From Caulobacteraceae bacterium (GTDB lineage Bacteria > Pseudomonadota > Alphaproteobacteria > Caulobacterales > Caulobacteraceae), in the NCBI GenBank assembly GCA_043746375.1, contig JAYTRF010000132.1, forward strand, positions 12,295 through 76,294: DNA of 64,000 nucleotides, given 5' to 3'. The notes below the pieces were generated by a model. The model made no database searches and was not told the DNA's origin. It saw nothing but the letters and a program-made list of their open reading frames with translations. The position numbers were made by a program, and so were the translations under genes. This document shows, in pieces, positions 9,708-21,602 of this stretch; positions within the stretch are counted from its first letter, which is position 1, and every line of letters begins with the position of its first letter.

Positions 9708-10601
9708 ATGGGCGCGATTGCATTCATCGGCCTGGGTAATATGGGCGCCGGCATGGCCGCCAATCTCGCCAAGTCCGGCGCCGACGTACTTGCGTTCGAC
9801 TTGGTCCCGGCCGCCCTGGAACGGGCCGAGGCCGCAGGCTGCCGCCGGACCGTCTCGGCGGCGGAAGCGGCGAGCAGCGCCGATGTGGTGATCACCATGC
9901 TCCCCGCAGCGGCTCATGTGCGAGAGGTTTGGGAACTCGAGGTTCTTCCGCATGCAAGGACCAACGCGTTGCTGATCGATTGCTCGACGATCGACGTCGA
10001 GAGCGCGCGGCGCCTCGGCGACCTGGCGGCCAAGGCCGGTTTCCGTTCGGCCGACGCCCCGGTGTCGGGGGGCATCGCCGGCGCCGACGGCGGCAGCTTG
10101 ACGTTCATGGTCGGCTGTCGGGCGGAAGTGTTGTCGGCCGTCGAGGCGGCCCTGGCGCCGATGGCCAAGACGGTGATTCACGCCGGCGGGGCGGGTGCTG
10201 GTCAGGCGGCGAAGATCTGCAACAACATGCTGCTCGGCATCTCGATGGTCGGGGTGTGCGAGGCCTTCGCCCTGGCCGAGAAGCTGGGACTGCAACCCGA
10301 ACGCTTTTTCGAAATCGCCGCCAAGTCGTCGGGGCAATGCTGGTCGCTGACCAGCTATTGCCCATGGCCAGGTACAGTACCCTCTGCCCCGTCAAACCGC
10401 GGCTACCAGGGGGGCTTCCTGACTGCTTTGATGGTGAAGGACCTGAAGCTAGCTCAGGAAGCCGCGGCCAAAGCCGGCGCCGCAACGCCGCTGGGCGCAC
10501 AAGCCGAGGCGCTATTTGCGCTCTTCGAGGGCCTGGGGTACGGGGCAAGTGACTTCTCCGCGATCCTGCAATTGATGCGCGGTCGCCTAGCCGAGCTGTA
10601 G
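9708..10601 (+). CDS. mmsB: 3-hydroxyisobutyrate dehydrogenase
   Basis: FIGLGNMG, ITMLP, DAPVSGG, KICNNM, SSGQCWS. Confidence 0.9.
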   Translation: MGAIAFIGLGNMGAGMAANLAKSGADVLAFDLVPAALERAEAAGCRRTVSAAEAASSADVVITMLPAAAHVREVWELEVLPHARTNALLIDCSTIDVESARRLGDLAAKAGFRSADAPVSGGIAGADGGSLTFMVGCRAEVLSAVEAALAPMAKTVIHAGGAGAGQAAKICNNMLLGISMVGVCEAFALAEKLGLQPERFFEIAAKSSGQCWSLTSYCPWPGTVPSAPSNRGYQGGFLTALMVKDLKLAQEAAAKAGAATPLGAQAEALFALFEGLGYGASDFSAILQLMRGRLAEL

Positions 10602-10714
10602 CCTCTGACCCTGACTAATCCGCTGACTTCCCGCCGGTTAAGAGAAAGTCCGTGGATGACAGCCTACGGTGATCCATGCGAAGACAGCGGCGTTTCGCGG
10701 AGCTCTGGTCGACG

Positions 10715-11941
10715 ATGGATTACAAGGCCGCCTTCAGTGACGCCGTCGAGCGGGTGCGAGGCGAGGGTCGCTACCGGGTGTTCGCCGACCTGAAGCGCCA
10801 GCGCGGCAATTTTCCGTTCGCAACCTGGACCTCGCCCGCAGGCGACACGCGCGAGATCATCGTCTGGTGTTCGAACGACTACCTCGGCCAGGGCCAGAAT
10901 CCCGTGGTCATCGAAGCCATGCACAGGGCCATCGACGAAGCCGGATCGGGATCGGGCGGCACGCGCAATATTTCAGGAACCACCCACTATCATGTGGAAC
11001 TTGAAAGAGAGCTCGCCGACCTGCACGGCAAGGACGCGGCGCTGCTGTTCACATCGGGCTTCGTGTCCAACGAGGCGGCGCTGGCTACGCTTCAGCGAAT
11101 TCTCCCCGGCCTGACCATCTTTTCCGACGAGCTGAACCACGCTTCGATGATCGCGGGCATTCGCAACGGCGGCGGGCCGCGCAAGATCTTTCGCCACAAC
11201 GATCTGGGGCATCTGGAAACCCTATTGGCGCAGACCGCCCCCGACACGCCGAAACTGGTAGCTTTCGAGAGCGTCTATTCAATGGATGGCGATATTTCCG
11301 ACGTCGCCGGGACGGCGGCGCTGGCGCGCAAATACGGAGCCCTGACCTATCTCGACGAGGTTCACGCCGTCGGTCTCTATGGGCCTCGCGGGGGAGGGGT
11401 GAGCGATCGCGACGGCGCCGCCGACCAAATCGACATTATCGAAGGAACGCTCGGCAAGGCCTTTGGCGTGATGGGCGGCTATATTGCCGGTGACGAGGCC
11501 CTGGTCGACGCGATCCGGTCCTATGCAGCCGGGTTCATCTTCACCACCTCGCTGCCGCCGGCGCTCACAGCCGGAGCCTTGGCCAGCATCCGCTGGCTCA
11601 AATCGCACAACGAGGTCCGCGTTCACCATCAGGAGCGCGCCGCGACGCTCAAGGCGCGGATGTTGGCGGCCGGTCTGCCGGTAATGCCCTCGGTCAGCCA
11701 TATCGTTCCGGTCATGGTCGGGGACGCGATCCACTGCAAGCTGGTCTCGGACATGCTGCTTGCCGATCACGGCATCTACGTACAGCCGATCAACTATCCG
11801 ACCGTTCCGCGCGGGACCGAGCGGCTTCGCTTTACGCCGACGCCCTTTCACACCGACGCGATGATGGACGACCTGGTAAGCGCCTTGGAGGCGCTCTGGG
11901 CGCGCTGCAACATCCAGCGACTCGGCGGCTACGCGGCCTGA
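10715..11941 (+). CDS. hemA: 5-aminolevulinate synthase
   Basis: [53 protein letters not shown]. Confidence 0.96.
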   Translation: MDYKAAFSDAVERVRGEGRYRVFADLKRQRGNFPFATWTSPAGDTREIIVWCSNDYLGQGQNPVVIEAMHRAIDEAGSGSGGTRNISGTTHYHVELERELADLHGKDAALLFTSGFVSNEAALATLQRILPGLTIFSDELNHASMIAGIRNGGGPRKIFRHNDLGHLETLLAQTAPDTPKLVAFESVYSMDGDISDVAGTAALARKYGALTYLDEVHAVGLYGPRGGGVSDRDGAADQIDIIEGTLGKAFGVMGGYIAGDEALVDAIRSYAAGFIFTTSLPPALTAGALASIRWLKSHNEVRVHHQERAATLKARMLAAGLPVMPSVSHIVPVMVGDAIHCKLVSDMLLADHGIYVQPINYPTVPRGTERLRFTPTPFHTDAMMDDLVSALEALWARCNIQRLGGYAA

Positions 11942-12018
11942 CGCGAGAGCGGGCGGATCGATTCAGCGGTTTTGAGCGATCTGCGGGCGCGTCCGAGCGA
12001 TAAAAGGAGTGGTTTTCG

Positions 12019-13323
12019 ATGAGCGCGGTCGCCCAGGTCATGGATGAGCCCAGCGAGATTTTCTTTGGCGCCGATCTGGCCAGAGCCGACCGCGAGATCT
12101 TCGACGTTATCGGCAACGAGCTCGCTCGCCAGCAGGGTCAGATCGAGCTTATCGCCTCTGAAAACATCGTCTCGCGGGCCGTTTTGGAGGCCCAGGGCTC
12201 GATCCTGACCAACAAGTACGCCGAAGGCTATCCGGGGCGGCGCTACTACGGCGGTTGCGAAGAGGTCGATGTCGCCGAGACGCTGGCCATCGAGCGGGCC
12301 AAACGGCTGTTTGAGTGTCGCTGGGCCAACGTGCAGCCGCACTCCGGATCACAGGCCAACCAAGCGGTGTTTATGGCCCTGATGTCCCCCGGGGACACGT
12401 TCATGGGCATGGACCTGAACGCCGGCGGACATCTGACCCACGGCAAGAGCGTCAATCAGTCGGGGATGTGGTTCAAACCCGTGGCCTACAGCGTGCGGCG
12501 GCAGGATCAGATCATCGACTATGACGACCTCGCGCAGATCGCTCTTGAGCACCGGCCCAAGCTGATCATCGCCGGCGGCTCCGCCTACAGCCGGACCATC
12601 GACTTCGCGCGATTTCGTGAAGTAGCCGACAGCGTCGGCGCCTACCTGATGGTCGATATGGCGCATTTTGCCGGCCTGGTGGCAGCCGGGCTGTTCCCAA
12701 GCCCGCTGCCGCACGCGCACGCAGTCACCACGACAACCCACAAGACCCTGCGGGGTCCGCGTGGCGGGATGGTCCTCAGCAACAGTCCGAAACTCGGCAA
12801 AAAGATTGACGCGGCGGTGTTCCCCGGGCTGCAAGGCGGACCGTTGATGCACGTTATCGCTGCTAAGGCCGTGGCCCTGGGCGAGGCGCTGCGGCCTGAG
12901 TTCACAGTCTATGCCCAGCGGGTCATCGACAACGCGCGCGTCCTGGCGGAAGCCCTTACGAACCACGGCATGAACATCGTTTCGGGAGGCACCGACAGCC
13001 ATTTGATGGTCGTCGATCTGACCCCCAAGGCGGTGACCGGCAAGGCCGCCGAGGACAGCCTGGAGCGCGCCGGAATCACCTGCAGCCGCAGCACCATTCC
13101 ATTCGATCCCAGGCCGCCGGCGATCAGTTCAGGGATCCGGCTCGGCACGCCGGCGGGGACGACCCGCGGCTTTGGCCCCGCCGAGTTCCGCAAGGTCGCT
13201 CAGCTTATCGCGCAGGTCGTCGACGGCTTGGCGGCTAACGGCGAAGACCAGAACGGCGGCGTCGAGGCGCAGGTTCGCAGGGAAGTGCTGGACTTGACCG
13301 GGCGATTTCCGATCTACACTTGA
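12019..13323 (+). CDS. glyA: Serine hydroxymethyltransferase
   Basis: [48 protein letters not shown]. Confidence 0.95.
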   Translation: MSAVAQVMDEPSEIFFGADLARADREIFDVIGNELARQQGQIELIASENIVSRAVLEAQGSILTNKYAEGYPGRRYYGGCEEVDVAETLAIERAKRLFECRWANVQPHSGSQANQAVFMALMSPGDTFMGMDLNAGGHLTHGKSVNQSGMWFKPVAYSVRRQDQIIDYDDLAQIALEHRPKLIIAGGSAYSRTIDFARFREVADSVGAYLMVDMAHFAGLVAAGLFPSPLPHAHAVTTTTHKTLRGPRGGMVLSNSPKLGKKIDAAVFPGLQGGPLMHVIAAKAVALGEALRPEFTVYAQRVIDNARVLAEALTNHGMNIVSGGTDSHLMVVDLTPKAVTGKAAEDSLERAGITCSRSTIPFDPRPPAISSGIRLGTPAGTTRGFGPAEFRKVAQLIAQVVDGLAANGEDQNGGVEAQVRREVLDLTGRFPIYT

Positions 13324-13353
13324 ACGTCATAGCCGCTGGGGAGGGGCCAGAAC

Positions 13354-13821
13354 ATGCGTTGCCCGTTCTGCGGCGAACTTGAGAGTCAGGTCAAAGATAG
13401 CCGCCCCTCGGAAGACGGCGCGGCCATTCGGCGGCGCAGGCTGTGCCCTCAGTGCGGCGGTCGGTTCACCACCTTCGAGCGAGTGCAGCTGCGCGAACTG
13501 ACGATCTTGAAACGCTCTGGGCGTCGCGCGCCGTTCGACCGCGAAAAGCTGGTCCGCTCGATCTCCATCGCCATGCGCAAGCGCCCAGTCGAAGCCGAAC
13601 GGGTCGAACGAATGGTCAACGGCATCGTGCGCCAGCTCGAAAGCATGGGTGAGACCGAGCTTGCTTCACACGTTGTAGGTGAAATGGTCATGAAGGCTTT
13701 GAAATCACTCGACGATGTCGGCTACGTTCGATACGCTTCGGTGTACCGGGACTTTCGCCAGACGGAGGATTTCGCCAACTTTCTGAGCGAGGAGGGGCTG
13801 GCCGACGAGCCTGAGGAATGA
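13354..13821 (+). CDS. nrdR: Transcriptional repressor NrdR
   Basis: MRCPFC zinc ribbon, IRRRR.C..C..RFTTFE, ATP cone, YVRYASVY. Confidence 0.96.
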   Translation: MRCPFCGELESQVKDSRPSEDGAAIRRRRLCPQCGGRFTTFERVQLRELTILKRSGRRAPFDREKLVRSISIAMRKRPVEAERVERMVNGIVRQLESMGETELASHVVGEMVMKALKSLDDVGYVRYASVYRDFRQTEDFANFLSEEGLADEPEE

Positions 13822-14459
13822 AGGTCACGCTGAAGCTGGCCACGTCGCTGGACGGCAGGATTGCCACTGCGTCGGGGGAGAGTCGCTGGATCACGGGTCC
13901 GGCGGCCCGGCGGCAGGTCCACCGGCTCCGCGCCGCGAGTGCTGCGATCATGGTCGGGGTCGACACCGTCATCATCGACGACCCGGACCTTACAGTGCGA
14001 TTGGAGGACTTGGCCGCCTCCCAACCGGTGCGCGTGGTTCTCGACAGCCGCCAGCGCATTCCTCTTGGTTCGCGGCTGGTGACCACCGCCCGTGATCTTG
14101 CGACCGTCGTCTTGACCACTGACACTCCAAACAAGCGTTTGACTGACGCGGGCGTCACCGTCATCCAGGTGTCGCAGCGGGCGAGCCGGGTCGACCCGCG
14201 CGCGGCGCTGAAGGCGTTGGCGGCCATGGACCATGAAAGCGTGTTAATCGAGGGCGGCGGGCAGGTGGCGGCCAGCTTCCTCGTCGCCGGGCTCGTTGAC
14301 GCCATAGAGTGGTTCCGATCCCCGACTATACTTGGCTGCGAGGGCCGCGCTGCAGTTGGCGCTATTGGGCTGGGCGAGCTGGCCAAAGCGCCGCGCTTTC
14401 GTCGTCTTGCGGTTCAGGGGCTCGGCGATGATCTCTGGGAACGCTACGAGAGAGGCTGA
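13818..14459 (+). CDS. ribD: RibD reductase domain only (no deaminase domain)
   Basis: [29 protein letters not shown]; 213 aa, no HAE/PC..C motif. Confidence 0.82.
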   Translation: MKVTLKLATSLDGRIATASGESRWITGPAARRQVHRLRAASAAIMVGVDTVIIDDPDLTVRLEDLAASQPVRVVLDSRQRIPLGSRLVTTARDLATVVLTTDTPNKRLTDAGVTVIQVSQRASRVDPRAALKALAAMDHESVLIEGGGQVAASFLVAGLVDAIEWFRSPTILGCEGRAAVGAIGLGELAKAPRFRRLAVQGLGDDLWERYERG

Positions 14460-15058
14460 TGTTCACTGGAATCGTCACCGACGTCGGTGTTGTGCTCGCG
14501 GTGCGAGACACCAATCGCGCCCGTCGACTTGAGATCGAGACCCATTACGAGACAAAGACGATCGCCATCGGTGCGTCCGTCAGTCACGCGGGATGCTGCC
14601 TCACCGTTGTCGACAAGGGCGACGGCTGGTTGGCGGTGGAAGCTTCCGATGCGACGCTGGCGGTAAGCACCCTGGGCAGTTGGCTCCCCCTTCGCCGGGT
14701 CAACCTGGAGCGGCCGGCGCTGGCTGGCGACGAATTGGGCGGTCACATCGTCGCCGGCCATGTAGACGGTATCGGCCAGGTGGTGTCCACGATAGCCGAG
14801 GGAGGATCCTTGCGACTGTGTGTTCGTGCGCCCCGGCCGCTGCATCGCTACATCGCCGCCAAGGGGTCGATCACCATCGACGGCGTCTCGCTCACCGTCA
14901 CCGAAATTTTGGACGACGTCTTTGGAGTGAACATCATTCCCCATACTCTCGATATGACCACCCTGAAGGATCTCGGAGCCGGCGACACAGTCAATCTGGA
15001 GATCGATATGCTGGCGCGCTACCTGGCGCGTTGGCGGGAGACGGCCGACGATGGATGA
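14459..15058 (+). CDS. ribE: Riboflavin synthase alpha chain
   Basis: MFTGIV N-terminus, GCCLTV, VNLE, GGHIV.GHVD, DGVSLTV. Confidence 0.95.
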   Translation: MFTGIVTDVGVVLAVRDTNRARRLEIETHYETKTIAIGASVSHAGCCLTVVDKGDGWLAVEASDATLAVSTLGSWLPLRRVNLERPALAGDELGGHIVAGHVDGIGQVVSTIAEGGSLRLCVRAPRPLHRYIAAKGSITIDGVSLTVTEILDDVFGVNIIPHTLDMTTLKDLGAGDTVNLEIDMLARYLARWRETADDG

Positions 15059-16181
15059 CGACACGCCCATTTCGTCGATCGAGGACATATTGGAGGACGC
15101 GCGCCAGGGCCGTCCATACGTTCTGGTAGACGCGGAGGACCGGGAGAACGAAGGCGATGTGATCATTCCCGCGCAGTTCGCGACGCCCGATCAGATCAAC
15201 TTCATGGCCAAGCACGCGCGCGGCCTTGTCTGCCTTTCGATAACCGCGCAAAGGGCTCGCGAACTTCGTCTGCCGCCGATGGCCATGGAAAACGGAGCGG
15301 CGCATGCTACCGCGTTCACCGTTTCGGTCGAAGCGGCTGAGGGCGTGACTACCGGGATCTCAGCCCACGACCGGGCGCACACAATCGCTGTGGCCATCGA
15401 TCCGACCAAGGGGCCTGGAGATATTGTCTCGCCCGGACACGTGTTTCCCCTGGTCGCCAAGGATGGCGGTGTCCTGGTCCGCGCCGGCCACACCGAAGCG
15501 GCGGTCGACATTTCGCGCATGGCCGGCCTGACGCCTGCTGGGGTGATCTGCGAGGTGATGAATGACGACGGGACGATGGCGCGCCTGCCCGATCTTGTCG
15601 CGTTCGCTCAGTTGCATGGGCTCAAGATCGGCACCATCGCCGACCTGATCGCCTATCGAAGGCGCACCGAACGCCAGGTGGAACGGGTGCTCGAGACGCC
15701 GTTCAATTCCACCTACGGCGGCCAGTTCCGTATGGTAATTTATCGCCACACCATCGACGGCGCGGAGCACCTCGCCCTGACCAAGGGGCGTATCGAACAG
15801 GACAAGGCGACATTGGTGCGCATGCACCGGGTCGATTTCGCCGCCGACATGCTTGGCCACATTGAAGCGCGCCGCGATTATGTGCCGGCGGCACTGCGCG
15901 CCCTCGGCTCCCACGATGGACCAGGCGTGGCGGTTTTTCTGCGCGATCCCAATCCCGCGTGGCTCTCGGAGCGCTACGGCGGGTTACCCTTTGACGAGCA
16001 TCGCACCAACGCCTTGCGGGACTATGGAGTTGGCGCTCAGATCCTGCTCGACCTGGGGGTGCGGGAAATGGTGCTGCTTTCTACGCGTGCGGTGCGCCCG
16101 GCAGCGCTTGAGGGCTATGGCCTGAAGATCGTGGGCTGGAGGCCAATGAGCCCGGAGGATGGCGGCGATGGCCAAGGATAA
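15051..16181 (+). CDS. ribB: DHBP synthase fused to a degenerate GTP cyclohydrolase II-like domain (RibBX type)
   Basis: DRENEGD, AFTVS, TTGISA.DR, PGHVFPL, RAGHTE; C-terminal LVRMH and [10 protein letters not shown] present but no Zn-binding Cys. Confidence 0.9.
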   Translation: MDDDTPISSIEDILEDARQGRPYVLVDAEDRENEGDVIIPAQFATPDQINFMAKHARGLVCLSITAQRARELRLPPMAMENGAAHATAFTVSVEAAEGVTTGISAHDRAHTIAVAIDPTKGPGDIVSPGHVFPLVAKDGGVLVRAGHTEAAVDISRMAGLTPAGVICEVMNDDGTMARLPDLVAFAQLHGLKIGTIADLIAYRRRTERQVERVLETPFNSTYGGQFRMVIYRHTIDGAEHLALTKGRIEQDKATLVRMHRVDFAADMLGHIEARRDYVPAALRALGSHDGPGVAVFLRDPNPAWLSERYGGLPFDEHRTNALRDYGVGAQILLDLGVREMVLLSTRAVRPAALEGYGLKIVGWRPMSPEDGGDGQG

Positions 16182-16629
16182 GGTGCGCGTTCTCATCGTG
16201 GAGGCCCGGTTTTATGAGGAATTGGCCGACGAGCTGCTGAGGGGGGCCACCGGAGTCCTCGCCGCTTATGACGCGCAATACGAGGTCGTCACTGTACCCG
16301 GCGCGTTGGAGGCGCCTGGCGCCATAGCCATGGCGGCGAGGGCCGGGGAGGAAACCGGCGGCGCCTTCGACGGCTATGTCGCGCTCGGCTGCGTGATCCG
16401 AGGTGAGACCTACCATTTCGAAATCGTCGCCAACGAGTCGGCCCGGGGTCTGATGACGCTGGCGACAGACCGCGGGCTGGCGATCGGCAACGGCATTCTC
16501 ACGGTCGAGGATGAGGATCAGGCCTGGGTTCGCGCCCGTGTCTCCAAGAGCGACAAGGGCGGAGCGGCGGCGCGCGCCTGCCTTGACATGATCGCCTTGA
16601 GGAACCGCCTGAACGAAGCCGCTTCGTGA
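16168..16629 (+). CDS. ribH: 6,7-dimethyl-8-ribityllumazine synthase
   Basis: [29 protein letters not shown]. Confidence 0.93.
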   Translation: MAKDKVRVLIVEARFYEELADELLRGATGVLAAYDAQYEVVTVPGALEAPGAIAMAARAGEETGGAFDGYVALGCVIRGETYHFEIVANESARGLMTLATDRGLAIGNGILTVEDEDQAWVRARVSKSDKGGAAARACLDMIALRNRLNEAAS

Positions 16630-17078
16630 AACCGCCGGCGCGCCAGGCCCGCTCTGTCGCCCGATTGGCCGCCGTTCAAGCACTCTACCAGATGGACGTC
16701 TCGGGCGTCGGTGTGGAGGCGGTGGTGCGCGAGTTCAGCGACCACCGCTTCGCGCGCGACCTTGAGGGCGAGCCGCTGGCCCGGGCCGACGAGAGTTTTT
16801 TCGCCAAGCTGGTCAGAGGCGTTGTGGCTTCGCAGGGGGAGATCGACAGGGCCATCGTGCGCCGTTTGGCCGAAGGCTGGCGTCTCGAGCGGATCGACGC
16901 GACGGTGCGCGCCATCCTGCGTGCCGGAAGCTTTGAGTTGATCGGCCTCGTCGAAGTGCCTTCGGAGGTCGCCATCGATGAGTATGTCGAGATCGCCAAG
17001 TCGTTTTTCGAAGGCCCGGAGCCTGGCTTCGTCAACGCCGCCCTCGATCAGATCGCCAGCGATGCACGACCCGCCTGA
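16626..17078 (+). CDS. nusB: Transcription antitermination factor NusB
   Basis: [33 protein letters not shown]; follows ribH. Confidence 0.94.
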   Translation: MKPPARQARSVARLAAVQALYQMDVSGVGVEAVVREFSDHRFARDLEGEPLARADESFFAKLVRGVVASQGEIDRAIVRRLAEGWRLERIDATVRAILRAGSFELIGLVEVPSEVAIDEYVEIAKSFFEGPEPGFVNAALDQIASDARPA

Positions 17079-18033
17079 TGAGTTCGACTGGATCGAGGCT
17101 CTGCGGCCGCTGACGCGCGGCGATCCTCGCGCGCTCGCGCTTGCCGACGACGCCGCGGTGATGTCGGGACGGACAGGTTTCGACCTGGTGGTTTCCAAAG
17201 ACGCGATGGTTGAAAGCGTTCATTTCAGCCGCAGCGAGGACGCGGGGACCGTCGCCAGGCGCTTGCTCAGGACCAGCCTGTCGGACTTGGCGGCCAAGGC
17301 CGCCGAGCCGTTCGGGTACCTGTTGATGACTGCGTGGCCAAACGACCGGGCGTGGCCCTGGCGGCAGAGCTTCATCGAGGGCCTGCGCCTGGACGGGGAG
17401 GCCTTCAACCTCTCTCTCCTTGGCGGCGATACAGTCGCCACGCCCGGGCCGCTGACCCTTTGCGCGACGGTTTTGGGCTGGACGCCGGAAGGCGCGACCG
17501 TGCTGCGCTCCGGCGCCAAGCCTGGCGACCTGCTGCTGGTCTGCGGGACCATCGGGGATGGCGGGCTGGGGCTCGCGGCGAGCCGGGGCGAAATAGATGA
17601 TCCCGATGGTCGCCTCGCCGAACGGTACCGCCTGCCGAGGCCATTGCTGACCTTACGCGCTGCGCTGCGCGACCACGCCCATGCTGCGGCCGATGTATCC
17701 GATGGCCTGCTGGCCGATGCCGCCCATATCGCCCAGGCGAGTGGCCTGGCTTTGACCGTCGATGTCGAGCTTTTGCCCCACTCCCCTGAGGTGCGCGCGT
17801 GGCTCGGCCGCCAGCCAGACCCGCAAGCCGCCCGTGTCGCCCTGGCGACTGGAGGAGACGACTATGCGATCGTCTGCGCCGTCGAACCTTCCACTCAACC
17901 TGCGTTCATGCGCGCTGTTATGGCGCAGGGGCTGCCCGTCGCCAGCGTGGGATATTTCGAGGCGGGGGACGGCCTGGCTGTAAATGCTGGGGGTGCGCCC
18001 ATCGGGGTCGGTCGGCTCGGCTGGCGACACTGA
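17062..18033 (+). CDS. thiL: Thiamine-monophosphate kinase
   Basis: EFDWI, DDAA, SLSDLAA, GGDT, DVSDGL, GGDDY. Confidence 0.93.
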   Translation: MHDPPDEFDWIEALRPLTRGDPRALALADDAAVMSGRTGFDLVVSKDAMVESVHFSRSEDAGTVARRLLRTSLSDLAAKAAEPFGYLLMTAWPNDRAWPWRQSFIEGLRLDGEAFNLSLLGGDTVATPGPLTLCATVLGWTPEGATVLRSGAKPGDLLLVCGTIGDGGLGLAASRGEIDDPDGRLAERYRLPRPLLTLRAALRDHAHAAADVSDGLLADAAHIAQASGLALTVDVELLPHSPEVRAWLGRQPDPQAARVALATGGDDYAIVCAVEPSTQPAFMRAVMAQGLPVASVGYFEAGDGLAVNAGGAPIGVGRLGWRH

Positions 18034-18304
18034 CCGACCGAAACGCCTCGCGCACCGACGTCATGGCCCTCTGAATTCGGTTTGGAACGGAAGGCGCGCC
18101 CCAATCCGGTCAAGCGCTGGGCCGAATGGGCCGCCGCACAAAGCGCCGCTTGCTTTGGGCGGTGGCTTTTGGCACTTTCCGCCAACTTTTTTCTGGGGCG
18201 GCGGTGCGCCGCACCGGATCGACGGGGGCGATGGGCCCTTATGTCCGCGCCGTGGACGGCGGCCGCGGCCGTTCGCATACGAAACATGAAGGGGCGCTTT
18301 GCAG

Positions 18305-20434
18305 ATGAGTCACGTGCTTACCCTGGTGATCCTGGCCGGTTTCCTGGCAGTGCTCTACGGCGCGATCCAGACGGCGGCGCTGATGAGAGCGTCGGCCGGC
18401 AGCGCCAAGATGCAGGAAATCGCCGCCGCGATCCGCGAAGGCGCCCAGGCCTATTTACGCCGGCAATACACGACGATCGCCATCGTCGGCGTGGTCATCC
18501 TGGCGGTGATATTCGTCCTGATCGGCTGGCGCGAGGCGGTCGGCTTCCTAATCGGTTCGGTGCTTTCCGGGGTGGCCGGCTTCGTCGGCATGCTGATTTC
18601 GGTTCGCGCCAATGTGCGCACCGCCCAGGCGGCGACGGAGAGCTTGGCCAAGGGTCTCTCCATCGCCTTCCGTTCCGGCGCGGTGACCGGCATGCTTGTG
18701 GCGGGCTTCGCGCTTCTGGGCGTGGCCGGCTATTACGCGATTCTGACCAACGTCATGGGTTTGGAGAACACCAGCCGCGATGTGGTCGATTCCCTTGTCG
18801 CGCTAGGATTTGGCGCCTCGCTGATTTCGATTTTCGCACGGCTGGGCGGGGGAATCTTCACCAAGGGAGCTGACGTCGGCGGCGACATGGTCGGCAAGGT
18901 TGAAGCGGGAATCCCCGAGGATGATCCCCGCAACGCCGCCACGATCGCAGACGCGGTCGGTGATAACGTCGGCGACTGCGCCGGCATGGCTGCCGACCTT
19001 TTCGAAACCTATGCCGTGACCACGGTGGCCACCATGGTTCTGGCAGCGATCTTCTTTCGCGGCCTGCCGATCGTGGGAGATATGATGCTGCTGCCCCTGG
19101 CCATCTGCGGGGTGTGCATAGTCACCTCGATCATCGGCGCCCTGGCAGTGCGGTTGGGCCGCAGCAACAACATCATGGGAGCCCTTTACCGCGGTCTCAT
19201 CGTAACCGGTGTGCTATCCATCGGTGCGGTGTGGTGGGTGATCCATGCGCTGGTCCCGGCGACTGGAGTCAGCGTTCTTGGCAAGCTCGTCAGCGCCAAT
19301 GCCCTCTTTGGCTGCGGCTTGGTCGGTCTTGCGGTCACCGCCGCCATCGTGGTGATCACCGAGTATTATACCGGCACCAACTTCCGTCCGGTCAAATCAA
19401 TCGCCAGGTCGTCGGTCTCCGGTCACGGGACCAATGTCATCCAGGGGCTGGCCATGTCGCTGGAGTCCACCGCCCTTCCTGCGGTGGTGATCATGGTCGG
19501 CATTGTCGTCAGCTATCAACTGGCCGGACTGTTCGGGATCGCCATCGCGGTGACCACCATGCTGTCGCTCGCCGGTTTCATAGTCGCCCTCGATGCTTTT
19601 GGCCCGGTGACCGACAACGCGGGCGGCATCGCGGAGATGGCCGGCTTGCCGGCCGACGTGCGAGTGTCCACCGACGCCCTCGACGCGGTCGGCAACACTA
19701 CCAAGGCGGTGACCAAGGGTTACGCGATCGGCTCGGCGGCCCTGGGCGCTTTGGTCCTCTTCGCGGCCTACACCCAGGACCTGAAATACTATTCGGCCCA
19801 TCCCGATCAATTTAGCTTCTTCGCCGGCATGGGCGGGGTGACCTTCGACCTCTCGAACCCCTACGTGGTCGTCGGTCTTTTGTTTGGCGGCCTGCTGCCG
19901 TTCCTGTTTGGGGGGCTGTCGATGACCGCCGTGGGGCGGGCCGCCGAGTCCGTGGTCGCCGAGGTCCGCAGGCAGTTCAAGGAAAACCCCGGCATCATGA
20001 CCTATGAGGTCAAGCCGGAATATGGGCGCGCGGTCGACATACTTACGCGCGCCGCGATCCGCGAAATGATCGTGCCGTCATTGCTGCCAGTCGTCTCCCC
20101 GGTGGTGTTGTTTTTCTTAATCGAGGCGATCGCCGACAAGGCCGATGCTTTCTCGGCTCTGGGCGCAATGCTGCTCGGGGTCATTGTCACCGGCCTCTTC
20201 GTCGCCATCTCGATGACCTCGGGAGGAGGGGCCTGGGACAACGCCAAAAAGCTGATCGAGGAGGGTCACTACGGCGGCAAGGGCTCAGAGGCGCACAAGG
20301 CGGCGGTCACTGGCGACACCGTGGGAGACCCCTACAAGGACACCGCTGGTCCCGCCGTCAATCCGATGATCAAGATCACCAATATCGTCGCCTTGCTGCT
20401 GCTCGCCGTGCTCGCACACGGGACCATCCACTAA
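18305..20434 (+). CDS. hppA: Membrane-integral ion-translocating pyrophosphatase (K+-independent signature)
   Basis: [35 protein letters not shown] (Lys), [10 protein letters not shown]; many TM helices. Confidence 0.94.
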   Translation: MSHVLTLVILAGFLAVLYGAIQTAALMRASAGSAKMQEIAAAIREGAQAYLRRQYTTIAIVGVVILAVIFVLIGWREAVGFLIGSVLSGVAGFVGMLISVRANVRTAQAATESLAKGLSIAFRSGAVTGMLVAGFALLGVAGYYAILTNVMGLENTSRDVVDSLVALGFGASLISIFARLGGGIFTKGADVGGDMVGKVEAGIPEDDPRNAATIADAVGDNVGDCAGMAADLFETYAVTTVATMVLAAIFFRGLPIVGDMMLLPLAICGVCIVTSIIGALAVRLGRSNNIMGALYRGLIVTGVLSIGAVWWVIHALVPATGVSVLGKLVSANALFGCGLVGLAVTAAIVVITEYYTGTNFRPVKSIARSSVSGHGTNVIQGLAMSLESTALPAVVIMVGIVVSYQLAGLFGIAIAVTTMLSLAGFIVALDAFGPVTDNAGGIAEMAGLPADVRVSTDALDAVGNTTKAVTKGYAIGSAALGALVLFAAYTQDLKYYSAHPDQFSFFAGMGGVTFDLSNPYVVVGLLFGGLLPFLFGGLSMTAVGRAAESVVAEVRRQFKENPGIMTYEVKPEYGRAVDILTRAAIREMIVPSLLPVVSPVVLFFLIEAIADKADAFSALGAMLLGVIVTGLFVAISMTSGGGAWDNAKKLIEEGHYGGKGSEAHKAAVTGDTVGDPYKDTAGPAVNPMIKITNIVALLLLAVLAHGTIH

Positions 20435-20476
20435 GGTCGACGATTCTGAGGTTCGCTGCCGACCTGGCTTGATTGT

Positions 20477-20965
20477 TCAGCGCCGTTCGTCGGGATGAGA
20501 GCCCGGCGTCTGGGTGTCGTCGGGCGGCAGGGCGCCTGCGGCGCTGAGGTTACCTAGGAGCTGCTCAAAAACGGTCATCTCGCGGCCGCGCGTTGGTGTT
20601 TCGCGTCCGTTATAGGCGATCACGCGGCCATCCTTCAGGGTCAGGGTGTCGACGGAGGTGACCTGGTCGTTCGCCTTGTCGAAGGAGATGGCGACTATGT
20701 CGCGGCGCATCAGCCGCGGGCGGTAGAACGAGGTCTTGGCCGAAACCTGCGACATGTAGAACCACACGTCCTTGTCGAACGTCGAGGTGCCGGTGGGCGT
20801 GCCGAGCTTAGCGAGCACGGTCGCCCGAGTGTCCGAGCCTACCTTCACATCCTTGGGCGATTGCTCGATGGCCTGGTAACCCTGAAAGCTGTTGGTCGGC
20901 GCACAGGCGCCCAGCCCCATGACACTCATTGAAACGATCAGAATGGCGGCGGTCTTAGTGAACAT
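20477..20965 (-). CDS. bamE: Outer membrane assembly lipoprotein BamE
   Basis: Lipobox LGAC, V...LG.P, WFY, ETPT.GR tail of alphaproteobacterial BamE. Confidence 0.85.
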   Translation of the reverse strand: MFTKTAAILIVSMSVMGLGACAPTNSFQGYQAIEQSPKDVKVGSDTRATVLAKLGTPTGTSTFDKDVWFYMSQVSAKTSFYRPRLMRRDIVAISFDKANDQVTSVDTLTLKDGRVIAYNGRETPTRGREMTVFEQLLGNLSAAGALPPDDTQTPGSHPDERR

Positions 20966-21074
20966 GGCTACCCATACTCGTGTGGTCGTCAGCCCGGCCT
21001 TGACCTATATCGAGGCCTTGCCGAATTCAATGCGTCACCAGACCGCGCGCCGGCGGCAAAAACGAGGCGGACCC

Positions 21075-21602
21075 ATGATCTTCGAACGTTTGCTGGCCAA
21101 GGGGCCGGCCAAGGTCGCCGCCGGCGCGCTGCTGCGGGGACTCGTCCTGCAGAGCCGCGTCCCGCTGCTCTATGAACACATGGGGGCCCAGGACACGCCC
21201 GAGGGGCGGTTCGAAATGCTCAGCCTGCATGTGATCGTGCTGATCGACCGCTTGGCTAAGGACGCTGAGGCGGCGCCGGTGCGTCAGGCGCTGTTCGACG
21301 CGGTGATGAGTGATCTGGACGGGGCTCTGCGAGAAATGGGCGTTGGCGATCTGGCGGTTGGCAAGCGCATGCGCATCCTGGCCGAAGCCTTTTATGGGCG
21401 TGCGCTGGCCTACCAATCAGCATTCAACGCACTGCCCGACAGGGCAGAGCTTCTGGAGGTTATCGCCCGAAACGTGCTGACGGCGCCAGCCGGCCAGAAT
21501 GGGAGTTTTTTAGCCGACTACGTCGAGCGGTGCCGAGTTAGTCTGGCGGCGCAGCCGACGACCTCGCTGGCTGCCGGGCGGGCGCAATGGCCGGCGCCAT
21601 GA
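21075..21602 (+). CDS. Ubiquinol-cytochrome c chaperone (Cbp3-like)
   Basis: DT.EGRFEM..LH, D.ALREMGVGD..V.K, FYGR..AY. Confidence 0.85.
   Translation: MIFERLLAKGPAKVAAGALLRGLVLQSRVPLLYEHMGAQDTPEGRFEMLSLHVIVLIDRLAKDAEAAPVRQALFDAVMSDLDGALREMGVGDLAVGKRMRILAEAFYGRALAYQSAFNALPDRAELLEVIARNVLTAPAGQNGSFLADYVERCRVSLAAQPTTSLAAGRAQWPAP

Noticed and set aside
18034-18304. Riboswitch or sigma54 promoter in the hppA leader
   Set aside because: TGGCAC is not followed by TTGC at the right spacing; no riboswitch consensus recognised (an Rfam scan would be decisive)
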